DNA of 55,491 nucleotides from a virus. Lineage: Duplodnaviria; Caudoviricetes. Positions 9,547 through 18,656 of the stretch are shown in pieces. The translations under genes were made by a program, and so were the position numbers. Under the pieces are notes generated by a model that was not told the DNA's origin, ran no database searches, and saw nothing but the letters and a program-made list of their open reading frames with translations. Where the stretch lies: the IMG/VR virus record IMGVR_UViG_3300021964_004668, positions 1 to 55,491 of that record, one strand, 5' to 3'. How positions within the stretch are numbered: position 1 is the first letter of the stretch; each line of letters begins with the position of its first letter.

Positions 9547-10561
9547 GATCAAGACCACCGAGGTCTTGGATCAGAGTAAGTTCTTCACAGAAAAAGATAT
9601 GGTGCCAACCGATGTTCCGATGGTGAATGTCGCGTTGAGCGGAAGTATTGACGGTGGTGTCACGCCTGGCCTAACAGTTCTTGCTGGGCCTTCCAAGCAC
9701 TTTAAGACTTCATTTGCCCTGCTAATGGCGGGTGCTTATTTGAAGGCTAAGAAAGATGCAGTTATGTTGTTCTATGATAGTGAGTTTGGTAGTCCCCAAT
9801 CTTACTTTGAACAGTTTGGAATTGACACCGGCAGGGTGTTGCATACGCCCATTGCCAATGTCGAGGAACTCAAGATTGATCTAATCAATCAACTTGAAGA
9901 ACTTGACCGGAGCGATGACGTTATTATCGTTATTGATTCGATTGGTAATCTCGCATCCAAAAAGGAATTGGAGGATGCACTCAATGAGAAGTCTGTGGCA
10001 GATATGTCCCGTGCTAAAGCTCTAAAGGGTTTGTTCAGAATGTGTACTCCGTATTTGACTATGAAGAACATTCCCATGCTTGCCGTCAACCACACTTATA
10101 AAGAAATTGGTCTCTTCCCGAAAGATATCGTGGGTGGAGGTACTGGTATCTACTACAGTGCCGACAACATCTGGATTCTAGGAAGGCAACAAGACAAGGT
10201 CGGTACTGAGATCAAAGGGTATCACTTTGTCATCAACGTGGAGAAGTCTCGTTATGTTAAAGAGAAGTCTAAGATCCCTATCTCAGTTTCTTGGGAAGGT
10301 GGTGTACAGCGTTATAGCGGTCTTCTGGACGTTGCTCTTGCTGGTAACTATTGTACTAAGCCTTCCAATGGTTGGTATGCTCGTGTTGATCGGGAAACTG
10401 GAGAGATCCTTGAACCAAAAGTACGGTTAGCAGATACACTCAAAGAAGAGTTCTGGGCACCCATCTTTGCGGAGACGGACTTCGCAGAGTTTCTGAAGTC
10501 ACAGTACTCCATTGGTCTTGCACAGAAAGTTGACATGGAAGAGATTGCTAATGCCGAATGA
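9512..10561 (+). CDS. uvsX: UvsX RecA-like recombinase
   Basis: AGPSKHFKT, FYDSEFG, IDSIGNLAS, GGGTGIYYSAD, KSRYVKEK; GGAG SD before ATG 9512. Confidence 0.96.
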   Translation: MSIMDKLKKNSKIKTTEVLDQSKFFTEKDMVPTDVPMVNVALSGSIDGGVTPGLTVLAGPSKHFKTSFALLMAGAYLKAKKDAVMLFYDSEFGSPQSYFEQFGIDTGRVLHTPIANVEELKIDLINQLEELDRSDDVIIVIDSIGNLASKKELEDALNEKSVADMSRAKALKGLFRMCTPYLTMKNIPMLAVNHTYKEIGLFPKDIVGGGTGIYYSADNIWILGRQQDKVGTEIKGYHFVINVEKSRYVKEKSKIPISVSWEGGVQRYSGLLDVALAGNYCTKPSNGWYARVDRETGEILEPKVRLADTLKEEFWAPIFAETDFAEFLKSQYSIGLAQKVDMEEIANAE

Positions 10562-10958
10562 CATTGAACAAATGTTGAGTGAAAATGTCCACTATGAAAT
10601 CGTCCCAGCTGATGATATCCATGGGTGGAACATTAGACTACTGGAGGAGTACCCTGAAACGGTTATCTCCTTCGGTACAATTTCATTTGACGCTATTGAG
10701 GAAGAGGATGGTTACATCTCCTTCAACTTCTCTATTGTTTCCACACCAGATCCAGATTTAACAACAGAAGACTTGACTTTTCAAGCATATGTTGGTAGAA
10801 TACTGAGTGCGGTGATAGAAAAGGCTATCACCGAAGGAACAATGATTGCCAAGGATAACGAGACTAACGCTATCCTTGCAACCGAAGATATGCTAGAGGA
10901 CTTACATGCTGAACATCAATCTGGAGCAGACGGTATTACGGAACCTTCTGACCAATGA
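10551..10958 (+). CDS. gp40-like head vertex assembly chaperone (by position)
   Basis: Acidic ~135-aa ORF between uvsX and gp41, where T4 has gp40. Confidence 0.5.
   Translation: MPNDIEQMLSENVHYEIVPADDIHGWNIRLLEEYPETVISFGTISFDAIEEEDGYISFNFSIVSTPDPDLTTEDLTFQAYVGRILSAVIEKAITEGTMIAKDNETNAILATEDMLEDLHAEHQSGADGITEPSDQ
10773..10801 (+). promoter_or_regulatory. sigma70-type promoter upstream of gp41
   Basis: TTGACT-17nt-TAGAAT. Confidence 0.55.
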
Positions 10959-12315
10959 ACCCTACATGCGGAAGGTTCTTCCGTTCATAACACCGGACTA
11001 CTTTGACGGAGTCTATCGTGGACTCTTCAAAGAAGTCACCAAGTTTGTCGCCAAGTACAATGTACTACCCACACTAGAAGCTTTCAAGATTGAGGTTGAT
11101 GAGAATCAATCTCTGGGTGAAGATAACTATCGTGTTGCGATGGATCTTCTACCCAACATCTTTACACCGGAACCTGAGAACCTTGAATGGTTGATTGAAC
11201 GTACCGAGAAGTGGTGTCAGGATCGTGCCGTGTACAATGCGGTCATGGAGTCTATCAGTATTATTGATGGCAAACATGCGACCATGCAGAAGAATGCCAT
11301 TCCTGATGTACTGAGTAAGGCCTTGGGTGTGACCTTTGATACCAACATTGGTCACGACTACCTTGAGAATGTCGATGGTCGATATGAGTTTTATCATGAG
11401 CAGGAAGAGAGGATACCTTTTGATCTGGACTACTTTAACCAAATCACTAAAGGTGGTTTACCCAACAAGACACTCAACATTGCATTGGCTGGTACTGGTG
11501 TCGGTAAGTCTCTGTTTATGTGTCATGTCGCTGCCAGTGCACTGAGTCAAGGACATAATGTACTCTACATCACTATGGAGATGGCAGAGGAACGTATTGC
11601 GGAACGCATCGATGCGAACCTATTGAATGTTCCTATTGATCAACTGGAGAACCTGTCCAAAGAAATGTTTACTGATAAGGTATCCCAGATCGCTGCGAAG
11701 ACCCAAGGTAAACTGATCATCAAAGAGTATCCTACAGGACAGGCAAACACCAGTCACTTCCGTGCACTGTTGAATGAACTGAAACTGAAGAAGAACTTTG
11801 TGCCTCAGTTGATCTTTGTTGACTACTTGAATATCTGTGCCTCGTCTCGTATGAAGGGTATGGGTGGTGCAATCAACTCTTACTCTTATATCAAGAGTAT
11901 TGCGGAAGAGATGCGTGGTCTTGCTGTTGAGTTCAATGTGCCTATCATGTCTGCTACCCAGACTACTCGTGGTGGGTACAACAATGATGATGTCGGTCTG
12001 GAGGATACTTCAGAATCATTCGGTCTACCTGCAACGGCTGACCTGATGTTTGCTCTGATCTCTAACGACGAGTTGAACAGTCTGGGTAAGATCATGGTCA
12101 AGCAGTTGAAGAATCGGTACAATGATCCGACTCGACACAATCGATTCACGGTAAAGGTTGACCGTAGTAAGATGCGTCTGTCCGATGACGATGATGATGA
12201 GATGCTCCCGAATCCTGCTGATAAGGGATGGGATGATAAACCACTGTTTGATCGTAGTACATCGGGACAACGAGTCGCGCAGGAAAATCATAAGTTCCAG
12301 AACTTCAAACTATAG
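10906..12315 (+). CDS. gp41: replicative DNA helicase (T4 gp41-like)
   Basis: AGTGVGKS Walker A, YITMEMAEE, FVDYLNI, SATQTTR, SESFGLPATAD, KQLKNRY. Confidence 0.97.
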   Translation: MLNINLEQTVLRNLLTNEPYMRKVLPFITPDYFDGVYRGLFKEVTKFVAKYNVLPTLEAFKIEVDENQSLGEDNYRVAMDLLPNIFTPEPENLEWLIERTEKWCQDRAVYNAVMESISIIDGKHATMQKNAIPDVLSKALGVTFDTNIGHDYLENVDGRYEFYHEQEERIPFDLDYFNQITKGGLPNKTLNIALAGTGVGKSLFMCHVAASALSQGHNVLYITMEMAEERIAERIDANLLNVPIDQLENLSKEMFTDKVSQIAAKTQGKLIIKEYPTGQANTSHFRALLNELKLKKNFVPQLIFVDYLNICASSRMKGMGGAINSYSYIKSIAEEMRGLAVEFNVPIMSATQTTRGGYNNDDVGLEDTSESFGLPATADLMFALISNDELNSLGKIMVKQLKNRYNDPTRHNRFTVKVDRSKMRLSDDDDDEMLPNPADKGWDDKPLFDRSTSGQRVAQENHKFQNFKL

Positions 12316-12323
12316 GTATTACT

Positions 12324-12560
12324 ATGGATTTTATTTGGCCTCTGTGCACCACCATTCTAATGTTCTTGTCCTTCTGGATCGGCAGATTCTTTGGATTCAA
12401 GGACGGTTGGGGTGTGGGGTATGATGAGGGAGCCGCTGCAACTGTTCCGGTTGTTGCGAAGGCAGTATTGAATTGGGTACGTATAGATAAAGATGTTAAT
12501 CTTAGTGATCCTGAGATCACTGAAGTGTGTCAAAACATAACATTGGAAATACTAGAATGA
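12324..12560 (+). CDS. hypothetical membrane protein
   Basis: N-terminal hydrophobic helix; packed tightly between genes. Confidence 0.6.
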   Translation: MDFIWPLCTTILMFLSFWIGRFFGFKDGWGVGYDEGAAATVPVVAKAVLNWVRIDKDVNLSDPEITEVCQNITLEILE

Positions 12561-13255
12561 CCCATGTAAAGGAAATTTCTGCCCCACCAGACTTCCTTGG
12601 ATATATAAAATCCTTGTGTCTGAAATGGGCGGAAGAGGTGGTGGAGTCCAATAACGCTCCCCACCCATTTCTGAAACACAGACAACGACCACACCATATC
12701 ATCAACACGGCTAGTTGGGATGAGTGGGATAAAGTAGAAGCGTATGCTGGTGTGCGCGAAGCACGTGAGATCAAACGCAGACAGATATTGATGCTCCGTG
12801 AATATGGATTGGTGAATCGTATTGTCATTGAACAGTACGATATGCCTCCGATGATTAACAGGTGGATTCAAGATGCGGTATATCAACAGTTTGGTATTCC
12901 GCACGATGAGACTATGCCTATCCTACAGATTCAGAATGGTGGTGAACTATTGCATCCCCATCAAGGTCATGGTAGGGAGGCTAGTATGTTTTGCTTGTTG
13001 CGTGGTGAGGGTGAGGTGACTAAGTGGTATGAAGAAATCGCACCCTTTGAACAGTTGGAGAAGTTCCGTATACCGGATCTGAACAAACTGGAAGTGAAGA
13101 CCGAATACACGATGAAGGAAGATCAGTGGGTACTGTTCAACCACAAGGCGTGGCATTCGGTACATAGAAAATCTGATGTTGGTGTAAGAATCAACTTAGG
13201 TATTGATTTCAAAACAATGAACATAAACCAAAGTGAGGAATTTTTTAATGAGTAG
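12557..13255 (+). CDS. hypothetical protein, possible double-stranded beta-helix oxygenase
   Basis: HPHQGH and WVLFNHKAWHSV motifs; start placed at ATG 12557. Confidence 0.45.
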   Translation: MTHVKEISAPPDFLGYIKSLCLKWAEEVVESNNAPHPFLKHRQRPHHIINTASWDEWDKVEAYAGVREAREIKRRQILMLREYGLVNRIVIEQYDMPPMINRWIQDAVYQQFGIPHDETMPILQIQNGGELLHPHQGHGREASMFCLLRGEGEVTKWYEEIAPFEQLEKFRIPDLNKLEVKTEYTMKEDQWVLFNHKAWHSVHRKSDVGVRINLGIDFKTMNINQSEEFFNE

Positions 13256-13943
13256 TGTGAGTTTGGTTGCCATGAGTAACCCATCAGCGACTACAGGTTG
13301 TCATACGGCCGAGGAACTGGTGGCGTATGCTGCTAGGGTTAGTAATCCTTCTAATCAAAGCAACAAGAAGACTGCCCAAGGTCTGGTGAAGTATCTGATC
13401 CGTGAAGGTCATTGGTCACCTTTCGAGATGGTTCATATCACCATGGAGATCAAAACGACTCGTGACATCGCACGACAGATCCTACGGCATCGATCATTCG
13501 CGTTTCAGGAGTTCTCGCAACGGTATGCTGTGCAGGATGAGTTTGAGTTACGGGGCGCAAGGTTGCAAGACCCTAAGAACCGTCAGAACTCAATTGAACT
13601 CGACATAGAAGATATCGGTAAGGGTGGTGACAAGTCAACCGATGAACGCCTGTACGAGAACTGGAACATGAAACAGTCCGAGGTTATTGCGGCATCCAAG
13701 GCAGCATATAACTGGGCGTTGGATAATGGTATTGCCAAGGAACAGGCTCGCGCAGTTCTACCCGAAGGAAACACTAAATCCACACTCTATATGGCAGGTT
13801 CTCTTCGCTCGTGGATTCACTACTGCGAGTTGCGTATGGGTAACGGTACTCAGAAGGAACATATGGTTGTTGCAGAGAAGTGTTGGGAGATCCTCCGTGG
13901 TCACTTCCCCAACGTAATTCAGGCATGTGAAGAAGATGGCTGA
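13248..13943 (+). CDS. thyX: FAD-dependent thymidylate synthase
   Basis: ThyX motif RHRSFAFQEFSQRY, HWSPFE, AKEQARAVLP, TQKEH. Confidence 0.97.
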   Translation: MSSVSLVAMSNPSATTGCHTAEELVAYAARVSNPSNQSNKKTAQGLVKYLIREGHWSPFEMVHITMEIKTTRDIARQILRHRSFAFQEFSQRYAVQDEFELRGARLQDPKNRQNSIELDIEDIGKGGDKSTDERLYENWNMKQSEVIAASKAAYNWALDNGIAKEQARAVLPEGNTKSTLYMAGSLRSWIHYCELRMGNGTQKEHMVVAEKCWEILRGHFPNVIQACEEDG

Positions 13944-14619
13944 GATTGTAATTCGTAACAAGGATCTGTTGAAGACCCTTGACGATACTCTGGATATGTT
14001 TCTCGAACACAAGGAATTGTGTTATGAACTGGCATCAAACCTTCAGGTAGATGTGCCGGTTGAGGAGTGGGAGAAGTATTGTCAATCCGAGTATCTTTAC
14101 GAACTACTTGAGAACGATCTGGAACACATAGGGTTTCCTGAGAAGGCCTATGGGTTTCAGGTTGCTCCTGGCGCTGTTGTGCGACCAGATGTATTTGAAC
14201 CCCTGAAACAATGGACTAAGCATGAACTCCCCATGTTGTTCGGTGCGAGGTCTAACTCTCTGACATCATTCTACCCACCTAATGGGTTTGTAGGATGGCA
14301 CACCAACTGGAACGCCCACGGGTATCAGATCATCATTACTTGGAGTGAGTCTGGAGACGGATACTTCTCTTACTATGACATGGTGAATGATGAGATCATC
14401 ACTGAACCAGATGTGAGGGGATGGCAGGCGAGGTGGTATAGGTTTGGTCGCAAGGACGAACCCGATCATCACTTCTGGCACACCGCGTGGACTAACTGCC
14501 CACGATTCACTCTGGCATTCAAGTTTCCCTACGGACACATCGGAGGCGGTATATTCGTAGAGGAAGAACAGGCATTTGATGCGATACACGATTTCGTTGA
14601 TTCGTTAGAAAGTACTTGA
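13936..14619 (+). CDS. hypothetical protein, possible Fe-dependent beta-helix enzyme
   Basis: YPPNGFVGWHTN ... WHTAWTNCPRFTL. Confidence 0.55.
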   Translation: MAEIVIRNKDLLKTLDDTLDMFLEHKELCYELASNLQVDVPVEEWEKYCQSEYLYELLENDLEHIGFPEKAYGFQVAPGAVVRPDVFEPLKQWTKHELPMLFGARSNSLTSFYPPNGFVGWHTNWNAHGYQIIITWSESGDGYFSYYDMVNDEIITEPDVRGWQARWYRFGRKDEPDHHFWHTAWTNCPRFTLAFKFPYGHIGGGIFVEEEQAFDAIHDFVDSLEST

Positions 14620-14644
14620 CAAACCCCCACCCCTTTGATATAAT
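14616..14644 (+). promoter_or_regulatory. sigma70-type promoter
   Basis: TTGACA-17nt-TATAAT. Confidence 0.85.
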
Positions 14645-14670
14645 ACGTGAAATTCATTTGGAGAAGCCCT

Positions 14671-14949
14671 ATGGCAGACATTAAGTATAAATACAATGAA
14701 GATCAGTCACTTGGCGAGTTGGCACAGTACATCGACTCTACCTATGGCGAACATTATTCTAAGAACAAGTTCCAAGCAACCGAGTTCATCATTGACGGTG
14801 GCCACGGTGATGGTTTCTGTATCGGTAACATCATGAAGTACGCTCAACGGTATGGTAACAAGAACGGTTACAACCGTGCTGATCTGATGAAGGTATTACA
14901 CTATGCCATCATCCAGTTGCATGTACACGATACCTACGGACGAAACTAA
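14671..14949 (+). CDS. DUF3310-like protein
   Basis: HYS..., GFCIGNIMKYAQRYGNK, DLMKVLHY. Confidence 0.7.
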   Translation: MADIKYKYNEDQSLGELAQYIDSTYGEHYSKNKFQATEFIIDGGHGDGFCIGNIMKYAQRYGNKNGYNRADLMKVLHYAIIQLHVHDTYGRN

Positions 14950-15134
14950 TGGAGTTTATTGTAGGTGCTGCTGCCGGAATCCTCTTAATGGTGTCGTGTT
15001 TATTCATATATGTTTCTGAACACATACGGCAAGAACGCAAGGCGGGTAAACAAATCCCACTGCCGTGGGAGAAACCAGACCGTAAGCCATTTGATAAGTC
15101 TGACATCAAATACCGTGATGGCGATAATACCTAA
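14949..15134 (+). CDS. small membrane protein
   Basis: N-terminal TM helix; TAATG overlap. Confidence 0.65.
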   Translation: MEFIVGAAAGILLMVSCLFIYVSEHIRQERKAGKQIPLPWEKPDRKPFDKSDIKYRDGDNT

Positions 15135-15142
15135 AAAAAGTG

Positions 15143-15195
15143 TTGACAAACCTTGTTCTCTTCGGTATAATACTTGTATTGAAACTGAGAAAGGA
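15143..15195 (+). promoter_or_regulatory. early promoter plus conserved leader cassette, copy 1
   Basis: TTGACA-17-TATAAT then ACTTGTATTGAAACTGAGAAAGGA. Confidence 0.9.
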
Positions 15196-15201
15196 GTTCT
15201 T

Positions 15202-15564
15202 ATGAGACCAGCGACTTGGGAAGAGGTGAATGGAACGGCTTACCGAGGTTCTATTTTCACCACCTACGATAAGATCGTTTCTATATTGGGTGAACCCCAC
15301 TATACTGATCCTGATCCATATGCTAAGTGGAACTGTGAGTGGGCAGTGATGACTGATGAGGGTGTTGCTTTTACACTCTATAACTGGAAAGATGGTCACA
15401 CTCCTACGGAGGAGTACGGTTGGCATGTTGGTGGTAAAGACATGAACTCTTTATGGGCTGCAATGGACATAATTGGTGACGCACTTGATAGTGGCTCTAT
15501 CAAGAAAGAGATCGATGTTCCGATGGGAAAATATGAAGGTATGAAGGAGGTTCGTTATGAGTAA
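15202..15564 (+). CDS. hypothetical early protein
   Basis: AAGGAG SD before ATG 15202; FTLYNWK...WHVGG. Confidence 0.75.
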   Translation: MRPATWEEVNGTAYRGSIFTTYDKIVSILGEPHYTDPDPYAKWNCEWAVMTDEGVAFTLYNWKDGHTPTEEYGWHVGGKDMNSLWAAMDIIGDALDSGSIKKEIDVPMGKYEGMKEVRYE

Positions 15565-15736
15565 GTTTGGACAGGTAGTGTTCGAGTGTCAAGAAGTGGC
15601 AGAATCTAATTATAGTGAGTCACGTGAAACTGTAATTGAGATAGCAGAGAAGGTCTTCAAGGGTGACTCCTACAAGGTCTCTCTGACAGTTCAAGAGTGG
15701 CAAAAGATTCGCGAAGATATGTGGCAGGTGTTCTGA
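15557..15736 (+). CDS. hypothetical protein (59 aa, not in ORF track)
   Basis: AAGGAGG SD; MSKFGQVVFECQ...DMWQVF*; overlaps both neighbours. Confidence 0.7.
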   Translation: MSKFGQVVFECQEVAESNYSESRETVIEIAEKVFKGDSYKVSLTVQEWQKIREDMWQVF

Positions 15737-15879
15737 TGAAAAAACAAAAAGTCAAACCTCGTTTCGCAAAGGAACTGTTTGACAACGATAGTCCCTATGG
15801 ACATAAGGTTCAGCGGGATCGCACCAAATACAAGCGCAAGGACAAGTATCCCAGAGATAGTTGGGATACTACGCAGTAA
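15736..15879 (+). CDS. small basic protein, ArfA-like
   Basis: MKKQKVKPRFAKELFDNDSPYGHKVQRDRTKYKRKDKY; TGATG overlap. Confidence 0.45.
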   Translation: MKKQKVKPRFAKELFDNDSPYGHKVQRDRTKYKRKDKYPRDSWDTTQ

Positions 15880-16567
15880 AGAAGTTCCTTATGATAATCC
15901 CCGCAATGTCATGTCTGTGAAAACTGGCATTGTGGGCGTTATCATGATGTTGTTTGTGAAACCCCTCTCCGAAGGTTATCATCCCTAACCACCAATCACT
16001 GTGTGGTTCTCCTCCCCTATGTGAGTAACTAAACACAAGTGATCCTACCAACTTTGCCAGACCCGCTGGTGCGAGCCACGCATAGACAAGTGCGAATGGA
16101 TCAATAAGAGATAAGAAACATCCCCAGACGAACAGACATTGCCAATAGTACTTGACTTGTGCTCTGTACCTATCTACCTTCAGCAAGTCTCGAACATACT
16201 TGAAGTTGATTGTCGTGAACACTTGCAAGAAGTACGAGTAAAAATACCCCTTGTGAGTGGGAGAGTGTGGGTCTTTGTCGGTATCGGTGAACAGATGATG
16301 TTCCCTATGATTGGCAACCCAGACAATCGCGGGCCCTACCATCATAATGTGTGCAAAGAATAACATCACATATTCAAACCACAGAGGCGACTCAAAGGCC
16401 TTGTGAGATAGGTATCGGTGGTATCCCATGGTGATACCAAAGGTCATGATACCGAAATACATGACTCCGAAAATTGCCCACTGTACCGGAGTGGCATACA
16501 TTACCATGGGTATCAGACTAAAGATTGCGACAATCTGACCGATTAATAACTGTATGGGTAGACTCAT
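15869..16567 (-). CDS. membrane fatty-acid desaturase (delta-9 acyl-lipid type)
   Basis: His boxes HRYLSH, HREHH, HKQHH; TDTDKDPHSP; GEGFH; TM segments. Confidence 0.93.
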   Translation of the reverse strand: MSLPIQLLIGQIVAIFSLIPMVMYATPVQWAIFGVMYFGIMTFGITMGYHRYLSHKAFESPLWFEYVMLFFAHIMMVGPAIVWVANHREHHLFTDTDKDPHSPTHKGYFYSYFLQVFTTINFKYVRDLLKVDRYRAQVKYYWQCLFVWGCFLSLIDPFALVYAWLAPAGLAKLVGSLVFSYSHRGGEPHSDWWLGMITFGEGFHKQHHDNAHNASFHRHDIAGIIIRNFFTA

Positions 16568-16863
16568 TGATCTTTCCTATGGCTTCTGAATCGTCTGACC
16601 TTTCCATCGTAGAATAACATCTTGTACCATGGAGTGTTTCGTTTCATCTTAGGTAGGGTGTATTCCCATTTGGTTCCTTCCGGTGAAACCCAGACAACGT
16701 GATACCCTATCCATCGCTTGGATGCATACCATTCTGGTTTACCTCCGTGTTTGATCAACTGTTCCAATGTCCAGAAGTAACAGTTGTTTTTACTGCTGAA
16801 CAGTCGGACAGGCCATGACCAAAAGAAGACTACAAATAGAAATAGCGTAAACAGTTTCCTCAT
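16564..16863 (-). CDS. hypothetical membrane-anchored protein
   Basis: MRKLFTLFLFVVFFWSWP...; ATG 5 nt after a minus-strand TATAAATA; overlaps the desaturase start. Confidence 0.7.
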   Translation of the reverse strand: MRKLFTLFLFVVFFWSWPVRLFSSKNNCYFWTLEQLIKHGGKPEWYASKRWIGYHVVWVSPEGTKWEYTLPKMKRNTPWYKMLFYDGKVRRFRSHRKDQ

Positions 16864-16868
16864 GCAGA

Positions 16869-16886
16869 TATTTATACTTATAAATA
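16869..16886. promoter_or_regulatory. back-to-back divergent T4-type late promoters
   Basis: TATTTATA-CT-TATAAATA; each is followed 5 nt later by an ATG on its own strand. Confidence 0.85.
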
Positions 16887-16891
16887 CGAGC

Positions 16892-17173
16892 ATGGAACAA
16901 GCATTCACCCTAATAGAAGAATTAGGGTTTCCTATTGCATCCGCTTTGATTGGTGGATTCTTTATGTTTCTGACACTCAAGTACATTATGGACGGCGTGA
17001 TTGGTCAGGTGAACTCAATCAAAGGGATTGTGGGGAGCCTAGACAATCGCGTCAAGACTATGAATCATGATATGGTTCGTATGGATACGACTCTGTGTGT
17101 TGTTCTGGGAATAAGACCAGACCTCAATCGCATCAGTCGCGCTGACGGTAAAGAAGATGCAAGGCGTGATTGA
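16892..17173 (+). CDS. small membrane protein with coiled coil (YvrJ-like GFP motif), paralog 1
   Basis: ELGFPIASA + TM helix + LDNRVKTMNHDMVR. Confidence 0.75.
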   Translation: MEQAFTLIEELGFPIASALIGGFFMFLTLKYIMDGVIGQVNSIKGIVGSLDNRVKTMNHDMVRMDTTLCVVLGIRPDLNRISRADGKEDARRD

Positions 17174-17424
17174 TGGACTTCGTAGAAGTAGTAAAGTCAT
17201 TTGGGTTTCCGGTTGTCGCGGCAGTTGGTATGCTCTATATGATTTACTTTGTCTGGAAGACCATTACGGAAGAAGTTGAACAACAACTTGATGCGACTAT
17301 GGTGACTTTGATTGCATTGATTGACCGTGTCAGAATGCTGGATAATGATATCATTCGATTGCAACAGAAGTTAGATACGGCGATTGAAATGAAGAGGGTG
17401 AACGAGGAAGAAAATAATGAATAA
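17170..17424 (+). CDS. small membrane protein with coiled coil (YvrJ-like GFP motif), paralog 2
   Basis: SFGFPVVAA + TM helix + LIDRVRMLDNDIIR. Confidence 0.75.
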   Translation: MMDFVEVVKSFGFPVVAAVGMLYMIYFVWKTITEEVEQQLDATMVTLIALIDRVRMLDNDIIRLQQKLDTAIEMKRVNEEENNE

Positions 17425-17893
17425 TGTCTTGCGTACCTTTTATTTCAGAGCATTTGCGGCCGGCGTTGGAGTCGTATTGTTGTCGTTCTGTACTGAGTCG
17501 GTTGCTGCGCCTATCGAACATCAATTCAAATCCCCTTCATTCAGTGGGATCAATCAGTCGAGTCACTATCTGACCATTGAGAATCAAGAGACTTCTCGTA
17601 AGGAAGCCATTGAACAGGAACTTGAGGATCTTCAGGACGAGATCGAAAGAGACGCAGAGAATACGACTCTTGCGAAGTTTATACGTAACGTAGAAAGTAG
17701 GATTTACTCTACACTGTCGAGACAGATTGTAGATAGCATGTTCGGTGAGAACCCCAGTGATACTGGATCGTTCAACATCGAAGGAACAGGAATAACATAC
17801 GTCAAAAATGGCGATAGTGTGGAGTTAACGATAACGGATGAAGACGGTAGTACGACTGTCATTACTATCCCTATTGGTGATTTTGGGATCTAG
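17417..17893 (+). CDS. csgF: curli assembly protein CsgF-like
   Basis: Signal peptide, then HQFKSPSFSG (CsgF NPxFGG-like), LSRQIVDSMFG, ITDEDGSTTVITIP; adjacent to csgG. Confidence 0.85.
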   Translation: MNNVLRTFYFRAFAAGVGVVLLSFCTESVAAPIEHQFKSPSFSGINQSSHYLTIENQETSRKEAIEQELEDLQDEIERDAENTTLAKFIRNVESRIYSTLSRQIVDSMFGENPSDTGSFNIEGTGITYVKNGDSVELTITDEDGSTTVITIPIGDFGI

Positions 17894-18656
17894 TTGTGCT
17901 AGCATGAACTCTCAATTGGTTTTACCAAAACCAGAAGAGCCTAAAGTACAACTGACATTGCTTCAGAAAGAACTGAAGGATGTCTCAGCACCCACAAGGA
18001 AACCAACGGTAGCCGTTTATCAGTTTACCGATCAGACGGGACAGAAGAGACAGAACAGTAGTGGAGGGACTTCGTTTAGTTCCGCAGTGACCCAAGCGCC
18101 ATCAGTGTATCTGATCAGGGCACTGAAGCGTGCGGCTAACGGAGAGTTTTTCCGTGTCGTGGATCGTCAAGTTCTTGATCATGTGACCAGAGAACGACAA
18201 CTGATCAGGCAGACTCGACAGTCGTATGAAGGAGAAGAATCGAAAAAATTACCAGCATTGACGTTTGCTGGTATGATTATTGCAGGTGGTATCGTAGGTT
18301 TCGACACCTCTGTAGAGACGGGTGGGGCTGGTGCCAGATATCTTGGTATCGGATCTTCTCGTGAATATAGTGTTGACACAGTGACGATTAATATCAGACT
18401 TGTGTCGGTTGCAACTGGTGAGGTTCTGCTTGATGTAATAACAAGCAAGACCATACTATCTACCGCTTATGGTGGGGACGTATTTAGATTTATAGAACAG
18501 GGTACTGAACTGGTAGAAGTAGAGTCAGGAGTAACCAAAAACGAAAGCGTCTCTATCGCGACTCAACGTGCAATAGAGGCTGGTGTCTTAGAACTGATAT
18601 TGCAAGGAAGCGATAAGAAGTACTGGACTTTAATGGAGAAAACCAATGAGCGTTAG
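17838..18656 (+). CDS. csgG: curli secretion channel CsgG (lipoprotein)
   Basis: Lipoprotein signal ending GSSC; VAVYQFTDQTGQ, FSSAVTQ, ERQLIR, GGAGARYLGIG, RLVSVATGEVL. Confidence 0.93.
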   Translation: MKTVVRLSLLSLLVILGSSCASMNSQLVLPKPEEPKVQLTLLQKELKDVSAPTRKPTVAVYQFTDQTGQKRQNSSGGTSFSSAVTQAPSVYLIRALKRAANGEFFRVVDRQVLDHVTRERQLIRQTRQSYEGEESKKLPALTFAGMIIAGGIVGFDTSVETGGAGARYLGIGSSREYSVDTVTINIRLVSVATGEVLLDVITSKTILSTAYGGDVFRFIEQGTELVEVESGVTKNESVSIATQRAIEAGVLELILQGSDKKYWTLMEKTNER

